This document shows positions 27,140 to 39,732 of a stretch of DNA of 64,000 bases, piece after piece. The position numbers and the translations under genes were made by a program. The DNA lies in assembly GCF_009834535.1 (NCBI RefSeq), contig NC_045697.1, forward strand, positions 43,650,001 to 43,714,000. The letters run 5' to 3'. The stretch comes from Camelus ferus (taxonomy: Eukaryota). The number at the start of each line of letters is the position of its first letter. Within the stretch, counting starts at the first letter, position 1. The notes under the pieces are model-generated. The model worked only from the letters and a program-made list of their open reading frames with translations. It was not told the origin of the DNA and searched no databases.

Positions 27140-27527
27140 TGTGAAGGAAAAGCCCAGCTGGGCTAACGAGCTAAGTGTCGATTTACTGATCTAAGTTCTG
27201 CTGGGCTAACTCATAAATCTGAAGTTTAGTGTCAGTTTACTGGGCTAACAAGATAAGTCGTAAATCCAAGCTCAACAAGTGTCAGTAACGTGATCTGTTC
27301 CAAATTGATAAGCTCCAGTGTACTGATTCCTTGTTTTCTGTTGTTTGAACCTTATTGGCTAATAGCCCCATACTTGTAATTAACCCTATAAAACCTCATG
27401 TGCACGTCTTGGAGGTGCTCAGAGCTTCGGAGCAAAATACCCTCTGAGCACGCCAGCGTAATAAATCTGAGTACTCCAACCCTCCGAGTGGTGCTTGTTT
27501 CTTGGCTGGCCTGTCATTTCCGTAACA
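27140..27527 (+). mobile_element. Solo ERV LTR (ERV1-like) in GPAT3 intron 1
   Basis: TG...CA ends, 4-bp TSD TGGT (27136-27139, 27528-27531), TATAAAA at 27387-27393, AATAAA at 27460-27465. Confidence 0.88.
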
Positions 27528-28479
27528 TGGTAACTAGAGAAACAAAAAGGCCAGAATCCAAGTAATAATATTATCCTTTTAATACCAGCAAACGCATGCA
27601 TAGCACCTAACACGTACAGGTACCATTCTAAGATACTTCACATATTTTAATTCACTTAAACTGCCCTTTGGAAATAATGTTATTGTTCCTCCTGTTTTAT
27701 AGATGAGAAAAATGAAACACAAGAAGTAGGCGACTTCCCTAAAGTCATATATTGAGAAGCAGAGTTGGGATTTTGGTCCCAAATCAAAGTAAATCCATAC
27801 CCAGAGTCTACTATTAACCACCAGCTAGAGGCCCTCTCTCCAGTTAAGGCTCCTGTCTCCACCACGTAACTCAAGCAAATCACGGAGCTTCTGAGTTTGT
27901 TTCCTTACTTGTAAAGGGGGATAACACTTGTTCTCCCTAGCTTCCAAGGCTTCGGGGAGCATCTGATGAGAGAGAGAGTCAAGAAGGAAACCTCTAGGAT
28001 TTAATAAAGTCCTGTATTAAGCGTAAACTGAAGTTGTCCCCCAGGCCCACTTCCATCTTACACCTTTCTTTGCAAAATGTGAAAACGAGTGTAGGGAGAG
28101 CAGAGGTCAAAGATTATAGACTTTCAATGACATTTCAAGTGCCATTGGTTAGATAAAATTCCCATGACTGTTAAAGTATAATCAGGTTTCTTTCTACCAC
28201 CCAGCAATTGGTTTCTTATCTTGAGCATAAACTGGAACAATGCCTTTCTGGACAAGATGCCTTAGCCCACCAAAGGACCTCTGAAACGGGGGCTATAAAA
28301 ACTAAGGAGAGTGAGGAGACAGCAGTCCTGTATAATGGATTTAAAGAAAGCTGGTGATAGAAAAAGCAGTAGCACTGTTACTCTAATCAGTAAAAATCAG
28401 AGTAAGAATGACAGTAGGGATGGGGGTAGCTCTGCCCTCAACCAGAGGAACAACAGGGTGGTCCTAATGGTCTCAGTCC

Positions 28480-30010
28480 GGATCCTTCCAGCTCTGCGTG
28501 CGGAAGAAGCCGGAATACAGCGGCGGTTAAAACGCACACCCCTCCGGACCATTGACCTCCCTAACTGGTCTCCTGGCGTCTACTTGGCTCTCAGCGCTAC
28601 CCTTGGCTCCCCCACCCCGGATTCTCCCTAAAACCCTCCGAGGAGGGGGCGCCGCATCCCTCCATGCACTCACCTCTAAAGTTTTCACTAGGATCTTCAT
28701 GTAGATCTGGGAGATGCCCAGCGACACCCCAAAGGCCGAAGGCAGGAGTATGAAGCCAAGCACCAGAGTCATCCAGGTGTAAAGGATCTTCCCGGCCAGC
28801 TCTGAGCCATCCATGGCTCGGGGCACCCAGAAGGGGTCTGCGGAGGCTGTCCGACCGTGACGGCTGTCCCTGTCCCCAGGTAGTCGGGAGGCAGCTCCGG
28901 GAGCAGAGGCGCGGAGCACGGACCCAGAGAGCGCCGCCGCCTCCCGACACTCACCTCTGCAGGGAAAAGAAGAGAAGGAAAAAACTTTCAGAAGGACAGC
29001 AGTTTCCTTCCTTCCTCCCTCTTTGGGCTCCTCCTCGTCGCGGATAGTTAACTCTTTCTCCGCTGGAGGTCCAGGCCCCGGCTGAAGCCGCCGCGGCGTG
29101 CGCAGACCTGGCAGCGCCGGCCTGACGACGCGGGCTGGGGATGAGCGTAGGGACACCGCGGCGTGGGCGGGGAGCACGAGCGCGGCGGCGAATGCGCCCC
29201 ACCCTCTGCCTGATTTCCGCTGGGTGGCGGTTTCCACGACGCGGCGGTGACTCAAAGAGGCCCTCCCGGAGCGAGGATCCCTGCGGCGAAGCACGCCGCA
29301 CCGCCGTACCGCCGCACACCCGCCGCCGGCGAAACAGGCGCCTGGCCAAGGACTGCGCCGCTAGAGGGCCGCGCTTGGAAGCCCCGCGCTCTATTTCTGC
29401 GCCCTGCCCTCGCCCCACCTCCTCCGCCACCCAACAGGGAGCTCCTAGGCGGGATCTGCACCGAAGGCGCCGCAGCCTCCAGGGCGGCCTCCCTCCTTCC
29501 CCGCCGCCCGCCTCCCCCAACACCCTTAGCAGAGGTCCTTTTGGGGGAGCAAGAGTTTTCATCTGCAAAATGTTAGCATTTTCTCACCACCACCCCCCAT
29601 TAACTATTGACGTTTGAGAAGGTCCCCTTTGGGTATAAAACGACCTCTCGGAAGGGCTTTCAAAGAAAGGGAAATGCCCAGGGCTCTGCTGAGCTGCGGT
29701 GTCCGCCGCTTCCAGGTCTCCCACACCTCCGTCCCCCGACTCCTTCCCCTCCTTCTACGGAGCTGCGGGCGAGATCTTGCTTATCCGGAGTGGAAAGCTC
29801 ACTCTCCGCGAGTCGCCTACCTCACTCAGCCGCCGTGTCCCTGGCCCAGAAATTCTTCCGCTGAGGGTCGTTCTCTTCCTGGGACAAGATTCCAACCGCA
29901 GCTCCCCCTCCCATTCACCCAATACTCTGCTCACTGAAGCCACAGAAAAACGGCAGGCCCGCGCAAGGCTTCCCCAAGCGGACGCGCGCCTCCAGGGTGT
30001 TCAGTCCCCT
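28480..30010. promoter_or_regulatory. CpG island / GPAT3 promoter and 5' UTR
   Basis: Abrupt GC- and CpG-rich stretch around and upstream of GPAT3 exon 1 in an otherwise CpG-depleted background; GC boxes and a TGACTCA at 29248-29254. Confidence 0.9.
28674..28814 (-). CDS. GPAT3: GPAT3 (glycerol-3-phosphate acyltransferase 3 / AGPAT9) coding exon 1
   Basis: Translates MDGSELAGKILYTWMTLVLGFILLPSAFGVSLGISQIYMKILVKTLE (47 codons, 141 nt), matching the GPAT3 N-terminus with its hydrophobic segment. Kozak gccATGG; ends GAG|gtgagt; lies in a CpG island. Confidence 0.96.
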
Positions 30011-30609
30011 GGACCGCTGCATGGCTAGCAAAATCTTGTACGGGTATTGACTTCACTGCAGTTCATGCCTCTTAGAAACCTGATCTGTTTTTAAGATGAA
30101 GCATAATGTTGATGTTTTGTGCTAAATATGTTTATTTCCAGCATTCCAGAAGTGATGTTGAGACCGGAGTAGATAAGAAAATCAGGCTCCGCAGTGTTTC
30201 CAGATTCCGCAGGGCTTCAGGTGTTATTTCCAGCTGACAAAACTGGAAGGGCAAGAAAATGGAACTAAAAGAATATTGGTAACAAATCCTGCAAAGTAGG
30301 CTGCCCCTGGCCAGGGTGTGGAAAAAATGGGAAGCGGAAGGGAGGAGAAGACCCCCTGCAAAGAATGTTTGTTCTCTGCACCGCCTGCCAGGCAGGTATC
30401 ACAACCCCCTCCCTCACTAAGAAGGGAAACAAAACCTATTACTTGGTCCTGAAAACCAAGTTCTGGATGAAGTTTCAGGTGCTCAGCTTCTCAAAATTAA
30501 ACCTCTGGTCTGCCATTTTATGAAAACAGTGAAAACACAGATGCCAAAATCCTCCCAAAGCCCTTGTTACAAATAAACATATTTAGCACAAAACATCAAG
30601 GATTATATT

Positions 30610-31247
30610 TGAGACAGGAAGGGGGCAGGGCACAGCCATTCAAGGAATGATACAGCAATTAACATCAAAATGGTAGAAGATTCAACCCCCAGTAGGCCCT
30701 GAGGCTCGAGATGGTGGGAGATTTGACTTCTAGCAGATGTTGAGCTTCATTATAGGCCCAATGTAATATATTAAAATAGTAAATAACATGCCCACAGGCA
30801 CCATGGCAGTCCCAAGGCTAGCTACAAAAGGTCAAAGAGTGGGAAATGGCCAACTTCCTGGGAATCCCAGCCTCTTCCCCAGGCTAGTTAGACTGGTCCT
30901 TCCACTTATTAGTATATGAAGCCACCAAGCCCATAAAAACTGGCAACACAGTGCCTCTTGGCCACCCACCTTCTCTCTCTCTCCCTCTTCAGAGATGGCA
31001 CTGCACACCGTTTATGGAGTGTGTACCTACTTTTAATCTGAGCACCCAACCCCTACACCTCTTGGCCTTTCTCTTGCCTTTCAATGTATCTCTCTGAATA
31101 AATCTACCTTTACTTCACTGTGGCTCACTCTTCAATTCTTTCCTGAGCGAAGCCAAGGGCCCACACTTGGCGAGGCACGTCCCAGGGGCTCAACCGAAGC
31201 CTGGGACACGGCCTTCCTCACGCCCCACATCCATTTTTCCTGCATCA
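30610..31247 (+). mobile_element. Solo ERV LTR (ERV1-like) upstream of the GPAT3 promoter
   Basis: TG...CA ends, 4-bp TSD TATT (30606-30609, 31248-31251), TATA-like cataaaaa at ~30933, AATAAA at ~31098. Confidence 0.87.
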
Positions 31248-31688
31248 TATTGACTCACTTAACACTACACATTCAGCCAGAACCTACCCTCCTTTTATTT
31301 CCTCAAAGGAGGATGACTAAGGAATGCTGAATGTTTATACCACAGTTTACCCAACAAGTCCCAGTGCAGGCAACTTCGTTTAAAGGTGGCCTTTCTCTAC
31401 CCATTCAGATGGAGCAGCTAAGTGACCACAATCTTCAATGATTTCTCTCGCTCATGACCAAATTCCACGAACTGGTTTTGCTTCTTTGGTTAGATGATGA
31501 TGATGATGATGGAAGAATTACTGACCCACAACAAAATAGTGTAATGGTAATAACATGGAATTTGAAGTCTTTGACTGACTCCAACACAGACACTTATTAT
31601 AAGTTTGAACAATTCATTTAGTCTTCTTTGCTCAGTTTTCTCATCAGTAAAATGGACTCTTTTTAGGGTCAGATGTGATGATGAGTTT

Positions 31689-32157
31689 TGTGGGGCCAAC
31701 TGACATCCTTCAAGGTCCACTGACCCCTATTCCTGGGCTCTCAGATGTCTGCCTGCAATCCCTCAACAAATGGAGTACATTCTTTACTGGGTGTGTTTGC
31801 TCTGACAAATGAATAGCCCTAGATAATGTCTAGACACAATAGCTCAGCCTGGCTTGTTACAGCTCACCTTATCAGAGTCATAAAACCCACAGCCCTTCAC
31901 TGACCCTAAACTTCTTACCTCACCTACAACCAATCAGGGACTTGTGCACAAGCCAATCAGGCACCTTGTGACCCTACCTTATAAAAGACTCCAACAGCTG
32001 CCCTCAGGGCTCACACAGGCACCTCTTTTCTGTGTGGCCTGCCATTGTTTATGGCAGTGTAACTATTAAACTTTTCCTTGTTCTTAAACTTTCCTTGGCC
32101 TCTGGTAAGTTCTTTTACCAACCCGCATCTCTGACCACCACGCTATGTCCCACAACA
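31689..32157 (+). mobile_element. Solo LTR (ERVL, MER54/MER74-like)
   Basis: TG...CA ends, 5-bp TSD AGTTT (31684-31688, 32158-32162), two CCAATCAG boxes, TATAAAA at ~31980, ATTAAA; 3' ctggtaagttcttttaccaacccgc resembles the MER54/74 consensus. Confidence 0.8.
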
Positions 32158-32431
32158 AGTTTGAAATTGCTTTGGTAATGACAAAGCTCCGTGCATAGAT
32201 GGAAGGCAGCTTGGTGCAAATAGAAAAGCTCTCCATCTTTCACCTGAAACACGGGAGCACAGACAGGCTCCGCTTTGCAGGAGAGGGAGGAGGAGAAACG
32301 GTGGGCAGCCCCAGTGCTCCCTTTCATTCAGGGCACCGCTCCCCTCTCCTCACGTACCTGGAGGCCCTTTCAATTCAAACAGTAGGAAGGATCCTCCCTC
32401 TCTTCCTGCACTCAGGACTCCCTTCATTTAC

Positions 32432-32860
32432 TGTATTAGTTTCCTAGGGCTGCCAGGACAAATCACCACACACAGTGACTTAACACCACACCAATTCATC
32501 CTTTCACAGTTCTAGAGGCCAGAAGTCTGAAATCAAGGCATCAGCAGGGCCAATCTCCCTCCAAAGACTCTAGGCGTGAATCTGTCCTTGCTTCTTCCAG
32601 CTTCTGGTAGCTTCCAGCATCCTTGGCTTGTGGCAGCATCATTCACGGCCTCGGTTTTCACGTGGCCTTCTTCCCTTCTCTTCTTTTATAAGATACTTAC
32701 CCTCCTGGATTTAGGGCCCACTCCGATTCAGGATCATCTCAACTTGAGATTCTTCACTTAATTATACTTAATCTACAAAGAATGTTTTTTCCAAATTAGG
32801 CCCCATTCACAGGTTAGGATTTGGGCATATCTTTGGGGAGGCTACAGTTCAACCCACAGC
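32432..32860 (-). mobile_element. MaLR LTR (MLT1C/D-like)
   Basis: tgtattagtttcctagggctgcc...cacagttctagaggccagaagtctgaaatcaagg...ttcaacccac. Confidence 0.82.
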
Positions 32861-33011
32861 TCTTACCGTATCTGTGAACTAAGAAAATAACACCTACATG
32901 GAAATGTTGTTATTGGGATTTGGGATTATATAGTTACACTTCAGTCAATATGCAGTTGTGAGTTTGTTAGGACAATTCTGTTTTTCACCTATTGACCTGG
33001 CATATACTTTT

Positions 33012-33082
33012 TTTTTTTTATTTTCGGGGGGGAAGTAGGTAATTAGGTTCATTTTTTATGTATTTATTTTTAGAGGAAGTAC
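33012..33082 (-). mobile_element. 5'-truncated Vic-1-like SINE (3' segment only)
   Basis: ggggggaagtaggtaattaggtt...tttagaggaagtac, flanked by repeated CTGGCATATACTTTT. Confidence 0.8.
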
Positions 33083-33314
33083 CTCTGGCATATACTTTTA
33101 ATGATGCTTCCTTTCACTCTCAAAAATGTCCTAGTTTGAGCGATAAATCACATGATTCCCTTATGCTTACATAATTTCTAAGATCCCTTCCAGTCCTAAA
33201 ATGTTAGACTCTTTGATAAAACTCACTGTCAAGTCCATGCTTGACCTCTTGTCAACATTTGAGGCCAAATAAAGTTGTATAGGGGAATGAAGAAAAGGGA
33301 CTGATTAGCAGCTA

Positions 33315-33475
33315 GTCCAGAGTTTCTCAAACTTTAATGTGGGTAGGAATCCCTGGGGCTCCTGGGATTGAAAATTCTTCCTAGGGCTGGAGTGGGGCCT
33401 GGGATTCTGCATTTCTAACGAGCTCCCAGGTGATGCTGAGTTGCTGATGTACAGCCCACACCTTGAGTAGCAAGC
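33315..33475. mobile_element. MER5A-like hAT MITE
   Basis: tttctcaaacttt...gggcctgggattctgcatttctaacgagctcccaggtgatgctga...cacaccttgagtagca. Confidence 0.8.
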
Positions 33476-35231
33476 CCTTTGAGTGTGGACAGAGAGGGGA
33501 GTTTTATATTTAACTGATAACAAAGGCTGTGGGAGTCCAGGTAAGTCTCGGGGAACCAAAGCAAGAAGAATTGACTCTGAAGCCCTAGCTCCTCCTTAAC
33601 TGAAAACTCCTGTTCTTTGCATCTTCATACCCCTGCTTTGACAGCAGTCGTGGACAACCGTGAACAGAAGGGTTTAGGCTAAAAAGCCTTGAGCAAACGT
33701 CAGTACTGCCATGAATAGATGCCTATGACAAGTAAGATATCACAGTTGGAGCCAAATGACCAATACTGACGTCACTTAAGAGGGAAAGTAGAACTGAGAA
33801 ACCTGGGGGTGAAACAGATTGCTGAAGCATTTCATTAAACAGAGAGGTTTTGCATTTTTTGTCTCCAGTCTCTGTGTGAGACCTCTCTTTTCTCTAATTT
33901 CACGCCTCTCTTGAGCCTTCATCATACCTTGCCTTGATTTGTGTATTGGCTTCATCCTCCCACTATAAATTGCATAATACCAGAAACCACATCATTTCTC
34001 TATAGCCCCCTCCCATTACTCCACCCCGTCTCCACCTGCAAAGAATTTTACTTTATGCCACACTACTACTGTTCAAAGCCAGCAGTGACTCCCTAATGAT
34101 CACAAATTATAATCCAAATATATTGAATAGCTGAGGCTAGACCTTGAAGCACCCCAACTTTAACTCTCATCACAATCCAAAAAAACTTTCTGCTTTGTGG
34201 GCCCCTCTCAATAAATTTTACCCAACCTGACTTTATATTCCTTCACCATGCTCTCACTTAAGGGTAAAAAAGGAAAATAACCTTTGATATTGGTTCCCAC
34301 ACATATTCCCTAGGTTTCTGCTGGTGTAAATTGGAAAACTCATGCGGTTCTCTTGGACCACAGTGCACCTTCTCCTGGAGGTGCCTCACAATTTGTACTT
34401 CACCTTTTGCGTCCTGTCGGGAGTTGAGTTTAGCTCCAGTTGTGGAAGCAAAGCATGATAGAGGCAGGTTCTGAGAAGGATCAGCAGTGTTTTGTGGGGC
34501 ACATACTTCAAGGGAGGCCATGACAGGTTCTTTGGACAGAGGTTGAAAGCTGCTTCTCCTGGCAAAGATGACTCAGCAGAATTTAGGGGTTCATTGTCCC
34601 CAGCTTCATCAAGATCTGGCCCTCTGTGTCCCCATGCCAATCTTCAGGATCCTGTTCCTTGCCAATCAGTGCCCTCACTTTTGTGTTGTAATTCAGCCAC
34701 TCACAGGATGGGGTTCAGAAATCTTGGCCCATGGTGACAGGAGATGAGATTTTTCCTTCTGGAAGGATATAGAAGTTTTCAGACCATTGCTATAGAGCTC
34801 ACCCTGAGAATTTGAAGCCCTGACCTAACCTTTTTCTTTTCTCTACTGCTGGAGGGCAGTTAGGAGCAACTAGCCAACTTCATGATATCCCTTAGCTTAA
34901 GTAAAATGTCCTAGTATGATTATGCAATTATGCTTTACATCAGAAATTAACACACTGTAAAATGACTATGCTTCAATTTTTAAAAAATGCCTAGGGTATC
35001 AAATACATAGTCACTCAAAACTTTGTCTTCTATTGCTATTGATTAGAAGTATCCAATGGCCATATTTTGTTTATCTCTTATGTATTATGAAAAGGACTAC
35101 TAGTGCCCTCTTTAGCACTGAAAATAGAAGCATTAATGCCTTTAAATCTAACTAGATTAGAAAATCAACTCCAGAAAACTAATCCTTAGAATTCTGTTCT
35201 TCTTAACCACTTCTGCTAGCAAAATCCCTGT

Positions 35232-35612
35232 CGGGGTTAAACCAGAGAAGCAGAATACTGGGAGATATATATTAAGAGATTTACTGCAAGGAAATACACA
35301 ATTCTGGGGGCTGGCTAGGCAAGTCTGAAATCTGTAAGACAGGCTTCCAGGAAGGGCAGGCTGAAATTCTCAGGCACAAGAAGCTGCAGTCCACAGGTAG
35401 AATGTCTTCTTCTGCAGAGAAGCCTCAGTTCTGCTTTTCAGGATTTTGGACTGATTGACTCAAGCCCACTCTGGTTATCTAGGATAATCTCCCCTACTTA
35501 AAGTCAACTATATACTTTAATCACATCTACAAGATAATGTCACAGAGACACCTACATTAGTGTTTGAGTAATTGAGTAGCGTAGCCAGGTGTACACATCA
35601 AAAAGACCATCA
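35232..35612 (-). mobile_element. ERVL LTR (MLT2-like)
   Basis: ccagagaagcagaa...gagatttactgcaaggaa...ggcaagtctgaaatctgt...ctacttaaagtcaact, typical of MLT2; strand tentative. Confidence 0.75.
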
Positions 35613-38600
35613 GCCACACATGTGAGAAAATAAGGGTAAAAAAAGGAAAATAACCTCTTAGTATTACTATTAAAATAGCTGTGACTTCATGCACCCCCTG
35701 AAAGGGTTTCAGGGACCTCCAGGAGCCCCTAGGCCTTTACAAAGATCAGTACAATGTTTTTTAGAAAATTTGAATTGATTACTCATATATTAAAATATTC
35801 ACACTAAAATTAAAATTTCTGGATCCTGTTATAATCAGGCATCCCTGAGCTCCCATTCCTGCAGGACACAACCTCCCCTGTATACTCTGTCTCCATTCCC
35901 CTCATGGTCTTTTGTCACCACCATGGCATTGATGTATTTATTACAGTAGAAAAGAGTTAAGGGGAAAATGACATGTACTTGATACTTAAGTATTTATCAA
36001 AATTTTTCTCAACCACAGCCTATTTCCTCATTTTCATTACCTGCCCAGCCTCTTTCAGTAGGTATTTGAATTTGAATATAAATAAATTTCAGTTTGTCCT
36101 GGTTAGTCAGAATTTCTTCCACTGGGAATTCTGTTACTCCATCACCACCAAAGCTTTACATTTTTCAGTATTCCTAAGAGCTGGCTCTTATGAAGAATAA
36201 GATTTTTTTTCCTTTTCTCTTTCTTTCTTCCTTTTTTAATTTAATTTTTTAAAGAAAGTTTAGAGATGTTTGTTGGCCAAGTTCCCTGTGTGCCCAGAAA
36301 ATATTAAGACAGAAGACTGCACCATAGAGTTTGGCACCTCTGGGGAAGGAGAGAGAGATGATAACAAAGAAAAATAAAATTGGAGGATAATAAGAATATT
36401 GGCAGAAGTTTCCTGTAAGAAATCACTCACTTAGGGAGGGTCTACTTCCTCAGGTAGTTGTAGCCACTTTTATCCCCAATAATACCCATAACTTACCAAT
36501 CTTCCCAAAATATCGCTCCCATTTTGGAAGAATCCTTGCATTATTATAATAACTACTAAAACCTTTAATGGATTTTTTAGTTGACTTTGTATCCAAAATT
36601 TCTGTATAGTAGCAACATTTTGCTCAGATGCTGATACTATATCTCGCCTTCTGACCTTACCTGAGGGTGGATAAAGTCCTCATCTCTCTGCACCATATCT
36701 ACAGGCACACGCACAAGCACATATGCGTGTACATAGGTCTTGGTGGTTTGGCAATTACAGGAATGATTTCATGATTTATAGTTCTCTAATGATACAATCA
36801 ATCCCACACCGAAATTCATTCATGATTGAAAAACTTGTCATGGAGATTGATTTTCTGTCTATTGTCCTTAAAGTATTTACATTTCAGGAAAAATCTAAAA
36901 ACTTTTAAAAATAAAAATTTTTAAAGACCAAATGTAGCTCTGAATTATATATTTGGTAATAATTGGAAACTGGTATTTTAAGTATTATTCAAGGGCATAC
37001 CTTCCCTTCACTAAGGCAGAATAAAAATAAGTAGATTCCTAGTTAAAGACAACAGTCAGTTTTCTCCCAGAATTGGTCTTGGAGTCTTTCATTCTACAAG
37101 TTTATAAGTTAAAACCTTTTTTCAAATCATGGAAGTTTTCTTTAATTAATGGATTGCGGTCACCACCCTGTAATATATAGTGCTAAAGTTCACGTCTGTA
37201 CTTTGAGCAGAGAGCAACTAGCTGACAACAACAATTAAAAAAGAAAACAACCTCCTGGCTAATTAATAGCTTCAATGCACTCTGGCCTCTGTTGAAAATA
37301 AAATCTCTTCAACTCTCATGATGACTGTTGCAACACAGTCCCACTATTTACAACGCTTCACCCATTACTCTTTATTTGTTCCCTCTTGCTATCTCCTCCC
37401 TGGAGTCCTGAAGAAAAACACCCCCTTTATCAAACCAGAGTTTAGTGAGCAAAGCTTAAAATAGATAGTGGGGCCAAGCACTGCCTGGTTGATTTTTATG
37501 CTTCAATTATTTCCACGATTCTTATTGTTATTTTAACAAACAAAAACTTTTTTGTTTTACTTAAACTTAAATCCATCAAGTACTGTTCTCATTAGAAGAT
37601 TAACAACATTTTGGGCAGAACCTCAACATAAATGCAAAGGAAAACAGGTAATGCAACCTTGTCCATGAGTAAACGTCAGGTAAAGACCATCATCTCCCCA
37701 GTGCTTCTCAAAATGGATCCCTGGAACCCCCTGGGGGACGCAGACATATTTTCGGGGATCCTAAGTCCTCTATGAGTAAGTAATGGCCATCCACTCTTTT
37801 ATTCAATATTTATTAAATTAATTTATACAAACATTTTAGAGACCTGAGATTTCTCTGGTTTGAGCATCCCAGGAAACGGTGATATGGTTCTGAATTTGAC
37901 AAACTTAAAGCCAGAGGAAGTATTCTTTGGAACCAAGAGAAGCCCAGCCTATGTGTCTGTCACTAAAGATGTTAAAAAGCAAATGGCTACCTACACATGT
38001 ATGTTGAACAAATTAAAGAAAACATCGGCTTGCTTACTGTTGATGGAAGCTTCAGCCTCTTAGATTCTCCTATTTGACCTGCCTTTACAAAAGTACGTCT
38101 TAAGAGGGCATGTTCTTCACGACTCCTACCTGGGAAATGTCATGACCCAGTCTCCCCAGCCCTCCTAAAGCCAAAGCCATGCCAAGGACTCCACAGCAGA
38201 GATTCTGCAAGACTGCCTAGGAATGACCTACCATGAGGACTCAGGTTCCTCCCCTAGGATTCCAATGGGTTAGAGAGGATGAAACAAGATTATCAAAAAT
38301 GGGGACTCACCACTAACTTAGTATGATCATCTCCATTTGAGATAGCTAAAATGGCCCTTGGATTTAAAATTTAAAAACCTGATTTGTTCAGGCTTTTGTG
38401 GCCAGTTCATAATAATCGGATTCACAGGAGACTGAGATGTGAATCAGAATGCAAGTGCCATGTATGGTACTATATGTATTTTTCTAGTAGCCAGAATATT
38501 TTCAAAATATAGTGCCTCTTCCTTCACTGTGTCAAAAAGATGGAAGGCCAAAGTCATAATCAAAAGAAATGAGAATAAGAAAGCAGTATCGTGTAGAAAG

Positions 38601-39609
38601 TTTTTTCATCCTGGGCCAAGAGAAATCTGGAGCCCATGGCTATGTGGCTGAAAGATGAGTGACCAACATCTGGTCCCTCCCCTGGTCAAGCTACATGATG
38701 ACACCCGAGTCAGCCCCTCTGATTTCTTTCTTTTTCCTGATTCCACCTGGACTCCTGACCTTCCTTCTTTAAGCAGGCTTTTCAGTGAGGTCACAGGTTC
38801 CTTTCACGTTAGTCATATTCTGGTCATTCTTCTAGGAAATTTACTCTAGTCCTTACATCTCTTTGGTGACACAATTACCAGTTTTTTTTTTTCTAATGGA
38901 GTTTTTTCTGCTTCAAATAACTCATTATGCATAATTTCATTCATCTTCTTAAATCATTTTTGGAAAAAATTGAGAATAAGTCACCAAGAAAAGAAATGAT
39001 GAGCAAAGAAATGGTCAGATACATTATTTTGATCCTCAGAGGATGTACTTATTTCCAAGTTCTGGTGATCCTGGGATGTCTTACTCCATACTCTGTATAA
39101 TGACTTTTTAAATAATCTCCTAATGGAAATGTCCATTCATTCAATAAGCAAATATGGAAGGCATACTATGTGTATGCCAGATATTGTGCTAAATCTCAGA
39201 AGTTTAGAGAAGAATAAAAAGGTCTGGTGCATGTGAAGAAATTAACTAAGAAAGTCCATAAATAGAGAGTAACCTAGAATGAATCCACTTTTGCCCCTTC
39301 CGATCCATTTTCCACTCTGCTATTGGAGCGGTCATTTTGAAAGCAAGCATCAGCGTATTTGGGGTTACGCAGTCTCCCGGTCATGTGCAAGATGTCAACA
39401 TTCCAGCATGGGCTGGGCTGTGCAAGCCCAGTCCAGTTCCTCATCACTGTCTCTTCTGGCACAAGGTGAAGACTCCTGCTCCTCGGCCCTGGGGCAAAAG
39501 CTCTGTATCTCCTGCAAGCAATTCCTGAATACACTCACACCCACCTCCCCAAGGGTAAGCCCCCTTTGCTATAAACATGAACTCTGGGTATAAGTAAAAT
39601 CACAGAGAA

Positions 39610-39732
39610 AGAGAATATGACAATGAATGTATGTATGTTCATGTACAACTGAAAAATTGTGCTCTACACTGGAATTTGACACAACATTGTAGAATGACTA
39701 TAACTCAATTAAAAAAAAAGTAAAAAAAAAAA
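39610..39732 (+). mobile_element. Short, lineage-specific L1 3' end
   Basis: aactgaaaaattgtgctctacactggaatttgacacaacattgt..aatgactataactcaat plus poly(A). Confidence 0.75.

Noticed and set aside
28104..28116. DR1-like AGGTCA-A-AGATTA (possible PPAR/HNF4 element) in GPAT3 intron 1
   Set aside because: Biologically plausible, but two mismatches in a short motif are expected by chance in 64 kb.
28527..30028. Long overlapping ORFs (255, 205, 158 aa and others) around the GPAT3 start
   Set aside because: Stop-poor GC-rich CpG island giving Arg/Pro/Gly/Ala-rich translations; only 28814-28674 matches a known protein and has a splice donor.
33767..33774. CRE palindrome TGACGTCA (another at 41105-41112)
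   Set aside because: Isolated 8-mers, one inside an MLT1 LTR, with no supporting context.
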